Shown in pieces: positions 40,593 through 52,690 of a DNA stretch of 64,000 nt; position 1 is the stretch's first letter; each line of letters begins with the position of its first letter. This stretch comes from Octopus sinensis (taxonomy: Eukaryota). The translations under genes and the position numbers were made by a program. The DNA is taken from the NCBI RefSeq assembly GCF_006345805.1, contig NW_021832604.1, forward strand, positions 1-64,000, in the 5' to 3' direction. The notes beneath the pieces were generated by a model, which saw nothing but the letters and a program-made list of their open reading frames with translations, was not told the origin of the DNA and ran no database searches.

Positions 40593-40808
40593 TTATTTGT
40601 CACAACGTTTCTCAAAGTTTTGTATTTTGAAAGGAGACCATCCCAGGAGAACAGGAGGAGTGGCGTCCACAGGTAAGTAGCGAGATATGTGATTTGTATA
40701 ATCCCGGTCTTGTTCAGTATAACGATTTTTAAACATTTCGTTCAGATTTTGCTCTTTTAGCAATATTTCTGTGTTTCCTTCTGCAGACGTCTCGGCTTTC
40801 CCAGACAT
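40593..40808 (-). CDS. RAMAC: RNMT-activating mini-protein (RAM/FAM103A1)-like
   Basis: NEMFKNRYTEQDRDYTNHISRYLPVDATPPVLLGW resembles [32 protein letters not shown]. Confidence 0.75.
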   Translation of the reverse strand: MSGKAETSAEGNTEILLKEQNLNEMFKNRYTEQDRDYTNHISRYLPVDATPPVLLGWSPFKIQNFEKRCDK

Positions 40809-40959
40809 AGCACACAACAAAAATCAAATAATTAACACATTTTTAGATATTATTTGAATTAATGAAATATTATAAAAATAAGTTTCATGAATTGGGAGGA
40901 TTATCATGGTAGACGTGGATGACATCATGGCAATTGGAATGCCCTCTACAGTGTTGGTT

Positions 40960-41913
40960 GTTCTGTTGGCAAGTTAGTCCCCATATGAATACATTGTTAG
41001 TCCCCATCATTATTCGCTGCATCATCATTTGATTCATTTGGGTGTTCTCCATCATCATCATTTCGAAATAATCTCAAATATATTTTCATATCCACCGTGT
41101 TTATCCAAATTCCGATCATTGGGCTGTTGAACCTCCACTTGCTCACAAACCACGGGTTGGTCACAATCACAGGCAGGGGTGCACGGTTCCTGCACTTCAC
41201 AGGGCCTACATTTTGAGCGGACTTGGCAGCCTGTCGTCGATTAAACACGCATTACTGTCATGACAAGGCAGGGGGCACGGACTGCACGTGGATTGCAAGT
41301 TCTAAAGGAGTGTGACTTTGAGCACCTTCAGTTTATGGAGCAGATTGTTTTGATTGATGAGTGCTTGTAGAGACGATAGTCGTGGAGATAGTTGTGCATG
41401 TCGACTTAATGTGCAAATCTCATTACTTTTTGTGCTGTCCGATGTGCTGCATGGACGACGTAATTTTCTGTTCTCCATTTTCTAGCATGACTGAAATTGT
41501 CAACTTTTTGGAGAATTCTAGTTTGCAGTCTTGTGAGCTCATCGTTGATATCTCGATCACTGCTGGAATGCATTCTCCTCGACGATACTTCCCCAAGTTA
41601 AACTAGTGCTTGGATACGGCGACAATATTATCAATTCGATGACGCAGTCCATTCGAGTGCACATTTCCGACAAATTTCTGTGATGACGTTAATTCCACTA
41701 ATCACGAAATCTAAAGTCACGTAAACTTCAAGACAAGCCTGATTAATACAACTTCTCTGAGTAGTTTCTGGCCACAATGTGATTATGTCACCGCACCAGG
41801 GAAAGGGAGCGGGAGCTTTGTGCTCGCACAATTGCAGCCAAAAGATCGCCGTTGTAACGATCAGATGGGGAGATTGTTGAGGGTCTTTTAGTTGCTGTTA
41901 AAACAGCATCCAT
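40960..41913 (-). CDS. Unidentified multi-exon coiled-coil protein
   Basis: Probable start MDAVLTATKRP; spliced frame DINDELTRLQTRILQKV...SLQALINQNNLLHKLK; some junctions unresolved. Confidence 0.45.
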
Positions 41914-41934
41914 CCAACCCACGAGAAGGTGACC

Positions 41935-42546
41935 CACATCGTTGGATCCAAAACTCAGGCCTCCGCACAATAACTGGCTGCCTAGCCTCCACTCCCATCG
42001 ATCATCTTCATTGGGAATCTCGTATCCTTCCGTTCGAAGACCATTTGGAGATGAGAGGACTTCAATTCCTCTACGAAATACAAGAAATATCTCATCCATG
42101 CCACAAAATCTCTATCTCAGAAAACAAAAGACATATTATCACTACTCTAGCCGATCAATGCAGACCTCTCTCAAAAATACTCTTAACGAACAATGGGAAA
42201 ACTGGGAAGAAATTAATTCACGACTACATCTCAACTCGTGCTATCAGGATGCTTAAAAATAACAAACTCCTTGATTCTCCTCCGCCACCAGTCCATCCTT
42301 CAAAGCAATCACTCGACAGGTACTTCCGTGTCCAGCTTGCACGACTTCGCTCGGGACATCATCCACTCTTTTTCGAAACACTCCGCACCCTCGCCCCTGA
42401 AGACCTTTTTTCCTGTCCTGGACCGCCTCACCAGTCGCCACCTATTGGGATTCGGGATCTCTGGGAGCGCCCGATCGCCGCTGTCCGCTACTTGATTGCA
42501 GCCGGCTTCCTACATGCTAGAGAAGCCGGGGTAACTAACTAACTAA
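41935..42546 (+). mobile_element. Jockey/I-type LINE 3' end with (TAAC)n tail
   Basis: IQNSGLRTITGCLASTPIDHLHWE, LARLRSGH, RPIAAVRYL; tail gtaactaactaactaa. Confidence 0.8.
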
Positions 42547-42674
42547 TGTGATTATGTTATATTGAGAATTGAGGTCAATTATGTTGAGTGAGGAAAATAT
42601 TCAAATTTCCCAATTCTTAATATAATTTATGAGATTGATTTGACAATACAATAAATTTAATTGGCGGCGGTTGC

Positions 42675-45600
42675 ATGTGTAATGTGAGGTGTCGATTTGC
42701 CCATTGTGAAGGCCATACATTATTCACACACACTTCAGGGTTAGAACACTTGAAATATTCCAGGTACCTCATAACTGGGGGTTCCGATGGGGATTTTCGC
42801 CTCTTCCAGTCGGTGGATGATGACGACCCAGTGTCCCAACAGGCCGAGGGACTCATTTCCGGTCTTTCCTCAATCGTACTGGCAGTTGTATGACCAGCAG
42901 GGCAATACTCTCTACGTTGGGTTGGACAACAACCGACTGGAGGCATACTCCTTTGTGCCCGACCGGAGTCCCCAAATTATGTTCGAGCGTGTGGTGGCAT
43001 CCTTCGAAGCCCCCGTTTACTGCATTGACGTGGTTCAACAATCAAATAAACTCATTGCTGGATCTGCGTATTCCTGACTGTTATCATGGCAGTGACTTTA
43101 AAATAAAATTGTGTGACCTGAGTAATGGAGTGCCCACTGTCCAACTCCTCGAAGGCCACACCTCCCCCGTCCTCTCCATTGCACTCGACCCACAAGATGA
43201 GTTCGCTGTACTCATTGCCTACCAATCCATCAGGCCAGTTCCAGTTGCGACGGGTCTCTGAGAATATGGAGAGTGAGTGATCTCTGCTGTGAACTGCACT
43301 CCTTATTCCCCAAAATGAACGACTTGAAGTACTGCCCTTGTTTAGCATGTTTTAGACACTCCAAGTCACTCTCGGGGGTCTGCTGGAGTCGTTCTGGGGA
43401 GTGGCACTTCCACGTGCTATTCGATTCCTTCGAAGGGACACGTGGGCAGTCCACTCGGAACTGGTACCCCATTCTGTCCAATTCAGTCCAATCCTTCCGA
43501 CGATGACTTTTCGCTGTGTACATTCAGTGCAGATGACAAAGCAATGGCCACCTGTTCGCTGAGGGGGGTTGTCGCCCTCTGGTCGATGAGTTCACTCACT
43601 AAACTTGCCTCGTTTTGTGTCATTATTCAGTGCCAGGTGTCAGTCACCCACTTCCATTTGTGCTATTTCTTTCGACAAGTTTGTTCTGAATAGTTACAAT
43701 TGCATTTTCACTGATTTTTCTGTTTTGTTGGGGAAATTAATTCACAGGGGTCTCTGGGATTCGTGGATTTCTCCGAGATTGCGGAATTGGTGGACGTTCA
43801 GGAGTGGGTCGATGAGGGACAGTCAGTAAGGGAGTCCTCCCAAGAAGTGACTCCACAAGATCAGCCTCGACAGTCCAAGAGTGGGTTGTTCATATAAATA
43901 TGATTAGTCATGTCTTCCGACGACGAGGATGGTGTTGTCGGGGGGATGGGGGAACGACAGTCCCCTTTCCAGCCAGGCTCCACGCCTGTCTTCCTTTCTG
44001 AGCGTTTTATGGTTAGCAGTTGGATTGAGGGTAGGTGTGGAATTCAGTGGGGATTGTGCGACAATACAACCACAAAGAAGGGGAGGACAGCATTGACGTG
44101 GAGTTCCACAATTCGGCCATTTCTCACTCTTTCCACATCTACAACTCATCCCTCTACTCAATCGCCGATCTCTCCCAGAATGCCCTTGTCCTTGCCTCCG
44201 TGGGGGATGAAGAGGGCACTCACTCTAAGCTATACTGCATGCTAATCAAGACATGGGATAACTGCAAGGAGTGGACGGTCGAACTCCCCGGAAATGAGCA
44301 GATTACTGTATTTTGTGTTTGCCACTTCAGTGCGTTGCCATTAGTTCGGACGATTGGGTGGCCGTCCTCACTACTCGACTTGTCGTGAGAATATTCTCCC
44401 TGTCTGGTCTGGAATTGACGGTCTTCTCCATTCCAGGCAGCCCTGTGTGCTTGGTGGCCTCCAAAGCACAACTCCTCCTTGTCTATCATCGCGGAGTCGG
44501 TTGGTCTTTATGTTTATGGTCTAGCTCAACTGGGGGAACAGAATTTGGGGTTTATGTTGTTTGAGGTGGCTCAGTCCTCTATTCTCCCCCTGATCTCCTG
44601 TTCTGATCTCCCCCTGTCACCTCACTCTTATTTGTCGTGGGCCGGGTTGTATATTTGTTGACTTATTTAGTTTTTCTTCGTCTGGGAGAGTGTACAGCAG
44701 TGATTCGAGAGGAGTCGTTCGGTGTATGTTTGGGGGACAATCCCATTGGTGGGGACAGGTCTGTGACCTTTCGGTGAGATTGTCGTGGGGATATTCTCCA
44801 GAGTCACCTGGGGGACAATAACTGGGTCGTGGGAGTGGACGAGGAGTCTCAGCGTGTGAGGTACATCTCGTCCAAGTCCAAATATGTTTCCCTTCTCCCC
44901 AAGCCAGTGGTGTTGACGATGCCATTCAGTGTCCCATTGTGCAATCCGGCAAGTCAGCAGTCCAAACTGCAGGTCTTGGTTGATTTCATTGGCAGGAGGC
45001 AATAATTCGTTCAAATATGTTCCCTCATTCGAGTATTGACGAGGAGTCACTCGCAATGCAGCTTGTCGCAGTAAGTCCACATTTCACACATTTGCAGATT
45101 TGCTGTCAGGAGTTGATGGATCGGAGAGCTTTTGATGTCGTCAAGACTGTCATGTCCAGCCCAGCTGCCCTTGGAGGCATATTTGGGTCACTGGCACTCA
45201 AATATGCTGAGAGAACTGGACATTCTGTGTTGGCTGAGAATATTCTCAATTTAATAACTGCCTGTCAAGAAGAGACTCCCCCGGTTAACAATTCGACGAT
45301 TGGAAATGATTATTCGGAGGAAATAGTAGTCCCCAGAACATTGCGTATTCAACCAGGCATTTGTTCAAAGAAGGACACTCGCATGTCTCCCGAGCGTAAC
45401 GAGTCCGTCATGTCAGCCTCCTTTCTATCTCAGTCCCAAATGACGGTGGATGAGTCGTTCGATCAAAGTTTTGTAGAAAAATCGACTCGTTCATTCAATC
45501 CATTCCGAGTTAGATTGAGTGTTGTTTGACTCCAGTAGGTTGACAGAGATGACCCTTCAGCCAGTGTCGATGATTTTAATGAAAAGGTCAGAAGAGCCTG

Positions 45601-45832
45601 CGAGTCCCACCCGAAGAATCCCCCGTCCAAACGGTTGTAATCTGGTCGGCCTAATTTTAATCAGGAAAAAGAAAATTTCTGCATTTGACATGTGGTTGAG
45701 TGAGACTGGTAATTCTGATTCGAGAGGGCGTGCTCAGTTGCTGGCTGAGTTCAGTAAGTTGTCGTCGGATGATAAGAAAGTTTGGTACTACTGGGCTGAT
45801 GTGTTTAGTATTGGAAGGATAGGGCTGAGTGA
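42675..45832 (+). CDS. WDHD1: WDHD1/And-1/Ctf4 (WD40-SepB-HMG box)
   Basis: FAHCEGHT, LITGGSDGDFR, DDDDP, LEGHTSPVLSIALDP, PFQPGSTP, ERFM|WNSVGIV, IDVEFHN, ESLAMQL, HMG-like KK|YWKDRAE*. Confidence 0.92.
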
Positions 45833-46008
45833 CTGATTTGTTAAATCCATTTTGTCATTTAAATAAATACGCATTACTACCAATAGAATAGAGCAGTGGT
45901 TCCCAACCTGGGGTCCGCGAAACCCCAGGGTTCCGCGGAGCCAGTTTAGGGGTTCCGCGAAATTTATTATATTTATTTAATAATAGTTTTTAATTATTAA
46001 AATATATT

Positions 46009-47328
46009 AAACATCCACGCTTATATCTTGTTTCTCTTTTGAGTTAGTTGGTCAATTTTATAAGATTTTTAATGAGAAACATCCACGCTTATATCTTGTT
46101 TCTCTTTTGAGTTAGTTGGTCAATTTTATAAGATTTTTAATGAGAAACATCCACGCTTATATTGTTTCTCTTTTGAGTTAGTTGGTCAATTTTATAAGAT
46201 TTTTAATGAGAAACATCCACGCTTATATCTGTTTCTCTTTTGAGTTAGTTGGTCAATTTTATAAGATTCTAATGAGAAACATCCACGCTTATATCTTGTT
46301 TCTCTTTTGAGTTAGTTGGTCAATTTTATAAGATTTCTAATGAGAAACATCCACGCTTATATCTTGTTTCTTTTGAGTTAGTTGGTCAATTTTATAAGAT
46401 TTCTAATGAGAAACATCCACGCTTATATCTTGTTTCTCTTTTGAGTTAGTTGGTCAATTTTATAAGATTTTAATGAGAAACATCCACGCTTATATCTGTT
46501 TCTCTTTTGAGTTAGTTGGTCAATTTTATAAGATTTTTAATGAGAAACATCCACGCTTATATCTTGTTTTCTTTTGAGTTAGTTGGTCAATTTTATAGAT
46601 TTCTAATGAGAAACATCCACGCTTATATCTTGTTTCTCTTTTGAGTTAGTTGGTCAATTTTATAAGATTCTAATGAGAAACATCCACGCTTATATCTTGT
46701 TTCTCTTGAGTTAGTTGGTCAATTTTATAAGATTTCTAATGAGAAACATCCACGCTTATATCTTGTTTCTCTTGAGTTAGTTGGTCAATTTTATAAGATT
46801 TCTAATGAGAAACATCCACGCTTATATCTTGTTTCTCTTTTGAGTTAGTTGGTCAATTTTATAAGATTTTTAATGAGAAACATCCACGCTTATATCTTGT
46901 TTCTCTTTTGAGTTAGTTGGTCAATTTTATAAGATTTTTAATGAGAAACATCCACGCTTATATCTTGTTTCTCTTTTGAGTTAGTTGGTCAATTTTATAA
47001 GATTTCTAATGAGAAACATCCACGCTTATATCTTGTTTCTCTTTTGAGTTAGTTGTCAATTTTATAAGATTTTTAATGAGAAACATCCACGCTTATATCT
47101 TGTTTCTCTTTTGAGTTAGTTGGTCAATTTTATAAGATTTCTAATGAGAAACATCCACGCTTATATCTTGTTTCTCTTTTGAGTTAGTTGGTCAATTTTA
47201 TAAGATTTCTAATGAGAAACATCCACGCTTATATCTTGTTTCTCTTTTGAGTTAGTTGGTCAATTTTATAAGATTTCTAATGAGAAACATCCACGCTTAT
47301 ATCTTGTTTCTCTTTTGAGTTAGTTGGT
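46009..47328. repeat. Minisatellite, about 19.6 units of 66-68 bp, inside the hAT element
   Basis: acatccacgc recurs 20 times from 46011 to 47287; no unique spacers. Confidence 0.95.
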
Positions 47329-47461
47329 TGGACGTCTCAAGACCCTGAGAACACACAATCCTCTGGAGACGAGATGGCTCCTCCAGAACGTGTCCCAAGC
47401 AATAGTGAGTGGAAACTGGATCGCCATCAGTTCTTCTGCTTTACATACATAGTCTAAAAAT
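47329..47461 (+). mobile_element. CRE-like 3' stub abutting the 68-bp array
   Basis: PLETRWLLQNVSQAIVSGNWIAI resembles RETGWLLQRISLAIVRGNCFSI. Confidence 0.7.
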
Positions 47462-48677
47462 AAAATCTACTAAAATGAACGTTGGATTTGAAATTATCAC
47501 TGAACAATAATTGCATAAGAGATTCCCAAAAATATTCAAAAAAGGTTTTTTATAATTATAATTTTAGAAAAGAAAATATGATGAAAGCTACCTCTCATAT
47601 GGGTTTTCTCAGAATGGATCTGATTTACCACATACGGCAGAATGTGTAATATGCCATCATATAATGCCTAACACATCTCTTGTTCCTGCCAAACTATCAA
47701 GACATTTATTGATGAAGCATCCTCATTTAAAGGATAAAAGATATTCCTTTTTTTCAAAACAAATTAAATGCATCTACAAGGTGCAAGTTGGAAATGTCCA
47801 ATTTTGCGAAAGAAGACAATTTAAAATCGACCAGAACATCTTATGAAGTATATAATTATTTTAATCAAACAGGTGATTTATCTTGTAGCACGTTGTGGAG
47901 AGGCACATACAATTGCCGAAAATCTTATAAAGCCATGTTCAAAAAAATCATCGAGTGTATTTATGGCGAACAAATGTCTAAGAAACTGGATCTTGTTCCT
48001 TTGTCAAATAATACTATTTCAAGGCGATTCAGGAACTTTCGGAAAATATTGAAACACAGTTACTAATTCGTTTGAATAATTCGAATGGTTCGCTATTCAA
48101 ATTGATGAATCTACTGATGTTGAAGGTTGGCAGTTTTATTGGTTTTCGTTCGATACCCTTTGACGATATTATTGAAGAAGATATGTTAATGTGCGAAACG
48201 TTGGAAATATTTACTGGGGAAATATTTCAACACTATTAAAAAATATTTTTTGCAAAAAACATAAATGTGTGGATGTTTGTAGCGATGGAGCTGTACCAGG
48301 GATAAAACAAATGGCTCCCAATTGTACTAGTAGTCATTGCATTCTTCACCGTCATACTCTGGTGTCGAGAGAATATTCCTTTTCATTGAGTGAAGCTTTG
48401 GAAGATGCTATCTCAATGTTCACATTAAAATTGTTTCTGGTTATTACTATTATGTTTTAGTGAAATTATAATAATTGAATTGGAGGGGTTCCGCAAAAAA
48501 TAAATTAGCCCAAAAGGGTTCCGCGAGCACCTTAAGGTTGGGAACCACTGGAATAGAGATTACTTTGCCGATTAACTTATTTTTCAAAAATCGATCTCTC
48601 TCTATTGCAAGTGGAGGATACAAATTGTGAGCAACAAAAGTATTAAATCAGCAAATTATGAAAACTAACAATAATAA

Positions 48678-49345
48678 CTATGCTTGATTTGTAGAGAAAC
48701 TAATTTCTTCCTCCCTCTCGATTGGTAGGTCTTTGGCAGATTTTCGAATTTTAGCCATCACGTCTTCAACCCTCTGCAATCAAGTGCTAAACTACCCTCC
48801 TTCTTTCCTGTCTCTCCAATTCAAGGACGCTGGTTTTATAGACCGCCTCCCCAATCTCCTCATATTGTGTCTCTTCCTTATTCAACCCGGCCTCCACTCC
48901 CGAGTCTGTCTTGTTCGACAAGGCTTCGGCAGTGTCGTGCTGAGGTAATTCGTCCTCGCTTATTGATGAATCGCCTTGTTTAATTTACACACTCACTCTT
49001 GGATTGCACAAAATGACAATCGGATTCGTCAACATTATTCCGAATAACAGGGCTGATGGATTTCATAAGATTGTGGTCCTTAGTAGTGCCTACAGCATGC
49101 ACTCGGAAATATAACTCTGCAGTCTTGGCTGTCGAGGGCGAGATGTGGGCGTGGCTTTGTCGAACCGGGGAGTGCTGCTGCCGAAAACCATTTTGCTGGT
49201 TGATGTGGGTCGGTTCTTGGGAAGACAAGTTTTTCCTTTAATTTTATTGAGTGTTTTAATCTTGAATAGTCAGATAGAAGTGGCACCATCCGGTCCTCTT
49301 CAAGTTTCTTTCTCCGTTGTGCTGCAGCTGCATGTCTGTCGAGAC
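48678..49345 (-). CDS. MAP7/ensconsin-like protein (start not located)
   Basis: RHAAAAQRRKKLEEDRM and ERQERRR|RVEDVMAKIRKS resemble MAP7 coiled-coil and C-terminal motifs, separated by low-complexity sequence. Confidence 0.5.
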
Positions 49346-49934
49346 TGATTAAGTTTAGTTGTTTGATTTTCTGTAATTTTGTTGTATTTTTATCTATCAG
49401 TGTTTGTAATTAACTCAATTAGCAGATCGTATTGATTATATATATTCGATGGGGAAACTAATGAAACAGGCATACTTGTGGAAACGTCTTGTTTGTTTAC
49501 CATGACGGTCTAGAAGGATAAATACAACAAATAATTGGGATTGTTTAACGATACTTACAGCACTACTTGAATTGAAGTGCGTATTATTTCCGCCTTTTTA
49601 TTATACCGACGTTGCATAACCAATCAATATATTATCCAATATTATCGAAATGGATGTTTGATATAATATTCTCTACAAACTATTGAATAAAAACCGGAGG
49701 ATAACTGTGTTAATGTGATTTGTAAAATGATCTACAAAATTGAATGCTTAGTGATCCGTACACGTCCATGCATGTCTTTAACCGCAGATAATCTAAATTT
49801 AATTGGAACACTCAAATATTTGCTCACAATAACATTTCCCTTTGTCGTGGATTTGTAGTTGATGTGCATTTCTGAGAACTGGAGTTATCTACTTTTTGCG
49901 GAATGTCTGCCGGCACCCCATCAATGGTCTAATT

Positions 49935-50203
49935 CAGAGGTCGGCAGGATTTTTATCTCCGCGCGCCAAAATTTTATTTTTGTATGCGATTCGGGCCAAA
50001 CAAAAAAAATCCTTATCGGTCGCAAAAATAACGATATACAAGAATCCTCTTGGCTGAGACGGAGGATCTCGTTTCGTTTGCAATCGTGAACGGTGACGCA
50101 TAAACTATCTGTTTTGTTTGGAACGAACCGTTCCGGGGCAACGCTTGCAGATCTATTTGTTAAAAATGATTATAAAGAAGTGAATTTATTTTAGTCACTA
50201 ATC
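49935..50203 (-). mobile_element. 3'-terminal segment of a SPIN/GTF2IRD2-like hAT element
   Basis: Begins CAGAGGTCGGCA preceded by gtcTAatt (nnnTAnnn); its inner end duplicates the sequence at the transposase stop (52656-52703). Confidence 0.6.
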
Positions 50204-50227
50204 TGACTATCCCATTTACAACTCTAT

Positions 50228-50390
50228 TTTGCATGTAGGAAATTTAATTTGCGGTCAGTAAACTCATTTCTGCAAGTAAGAAATGATTTTTGCGGTTAAG
50301 GAAAGTCAATTTTGCAATCAAGAAAATTAATTTGCGGTCATGAAAATCGGTTTTGCAAGTGGGAAGTTTAATTTGCGGCTAGGAAAATTA
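50228..50390. repeat. Degenerate ~21-bp tandem repeat with alternating monomers
   Basis: aggaaatttaatttgcggtc / agtaaactcatttctgcaagt / aagaaatgatttttgcggtt / aaggaaagtcaattttgcaatc ...; GCGG and GCAA monomers alternate. Confidence 0.7.
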
Positions 50391-50547
50391 AATTAAAATA
50401 TTTTTAGAAAGTGATTAATATAATACAGACATAGTAAAACAAATTAAGAAAGAATTTGAAAAAATTATTTCTTGTGAAAAAACGGATGAAAGAGAATTAA
50501 ATTTGTTAGAAATAAGTTTTAGAGAACAAGTAAAGATTAAATTTGAG

Positions 50548-52125
50548 TTATTGTTGGGAAACTGATTCAGATTGTGCCCATGTCTGAATTTCAATTTGTG
50601 CAAAAACTGTAAACAACAAGACGGATACGAGATGGAGTACAAGCATTATGCTAAAAGCACTCGCCCATTGATTAAAATCATGCTAAAAATATTATTTGAT
50701 CAAACTCTCGATGTCACGATCTCAGGTGTAGAAACGATTGCAATGATTCCAAAAATAGACCCCAGTGTGTTTGCAATACCAATCAATATACTGCTATAAT
50801 CTGGTCCAATGTCGACAATAGTTGGCAAAGCCCCAGAAAGAGATACTCCTAGAAAAAAACAAGCGATCATAATGCACGTAATCCCTCCAAATTTATTAGA
50901 TGTTAAAGTGGCACACAACATGAAGATGCTTACTGGAATCTGTCCTGATTAATATAATTTATGTTTAATAGAAACCAAGAAAATGAAGCAGTTTTCTCAA
51001 CTTTAATTTCCCCATTACCTCCCTTCGGACAAGAACGTCAGATAAATAGCATGAAACAAATCCTCCAAGCCAAATAAAGATTGGAACGAAAAATGTAATT
51101 CCCTTTTGCAATTTATTATTTATTCAAAAATACATTTTTTACGTGATATTATACAACCCGTTGATTATCCACGGAATATAACTAATAATAAAAAACAAGC
51201 TATATGTCCCCGCAGAATGCGCAAATATTAAGGATAAAAATACTTTTGAGGTCAGTGCTTGACGCCACGCGAAGTCCTAAAAATAAAATCAAAATTTTTC
51301 CTTAATAGTCTTGGAAGTTTTTACGGTAACGTTTTCTTCCAAAAATTTTTTTTCTTCTGAAGTGATCCATTTGTTATCCTTTGGAGAGTCGGTAAAAAAG
51401 ACAAGAAAAAATATTAAATAAAGAGTTGCTAAACCTCCTGAAAATAAAATTAACTAAAAATATGCCAAAAATATAAAAGGAAGCAGTCCATGAATACTCG
51501 TTTTTTGCCACCCCAGAAACAACCGAATAAGATAAAATAGAACCAAAATTGATCCCTGAATATTATCAATCAAAAATGCCTGGTATGATCATCCCACTGG
51601 CTGTGCTTCGATAATTGTCCGGAAACCAGTTCACAATAATGAGAAAGATTGCAGGAAAAATGCATGCCTAAAAACTATCAAAACATTTTAGACCTGTACA
51701 AGTCCCATGATTATTCTCACACCTATCAGGGCATAAACAGAGTGTTCAATTGCCACTGGGGAAACAACACACATTGCAGTTGATATTATGATCGAGATTG
51801 TAAGAATTAATTTTTGGCCATATTTTTTAGCCAACACTCCACCAAGAATTTGGGTCAGAGCGTATCCTATATAAAACGACATCAAAGCGCCTCCTCGTTC
51901 TCCAGTAGTCCAAACAAACAGTTTCTTGAAATCATATATGGTTATTTACCTTCTTTGTGCCATATTTTTCAACAGCTCTAATTCCTGCAACAACCAAATT
52001 TAGATTGACTCTCTGTGTATACATAATACTCAAATAAAAAAATGTAGATGCCACTACTATTCCTCTCCCTCGGACATTTTCTAATGCTGAATTATAAGAG
52101 TTGTGTTATTACTTGTCAAAAACAT
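50548..52125 (-). CDS. SLC17A5: SLC17/sialin-like transporter, copy B
   Basis: Same exon-intron layout as 38141-39720 with many amino-acid changes. Full frame not checked exon by exon. Confidence 0.82.
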
Positions 52126-52690
52126 TTAGTAAAGAATTGAGCGCTAATATGTAATTTAAACGATTTAATTAGGTCAGATATCCGAATATTAAAACCTAAT
52201 TATTTATCCATTTTTATAAAATTAAGTACATTAATTGTCCTTTTTAGTATAATAAATCCTCTCTTTTTTGTCATCTTTTATGACCGACAAAAAATATTGA
52301 CTCAGCATATGACCTATGACGGCATTCAGCTCAGGCAAATTTGTATCGAAATTTTCTTTTTAATAAAAAATGCTTTTAATTTTTTTAGGTATCTTTAATG
52401 CTTCTTCGATATTCACAAAAGAATTTTTGGAATTTATTTATTCTAACCATCAAAAATCGAAGAATCAGAATTTCGAAAGGAATTTTAAGTAAAGTCCGAC
52501 CCCGGTTTGGCCCAGACCCCAGCCTGGAGACACCTTACTTTTCGGGCTAATTTTTAGAAATAAGTAATTTTTAATGGCAGTTATTTCACGACCCTAGTCA
52601 GATTTGTTATTTTTTTGTATTCGACGATCCCCAGGGAAAGAAACATTGTGTTTCCTTTGTTAAAAATGATTATAAAGAAGTGAATTTATT

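Larger units (their letters stand above)
45894..48550 (+). mobile_element. Buster-type hAT element (2657 bp), decayed ZBED5/SCAND3-like transposase
   Basis: 16-bp TIR CAGTGGTTCCCAACCT; TSD gaaTAgag (45886-45893, 48551-48558); subterminal GGTTCCGCG repeats; KLSRHLLMKHP, AHTIAENLIKP, VPLSNNTISRR, QIDESTD, HCILHRH motifs. Confidence 0.95.

Noticed and set aside
46009-47328. CRISPR-like array
   Set aside because: Head-to-tail near-identical units without spacers, inside a hAT element.
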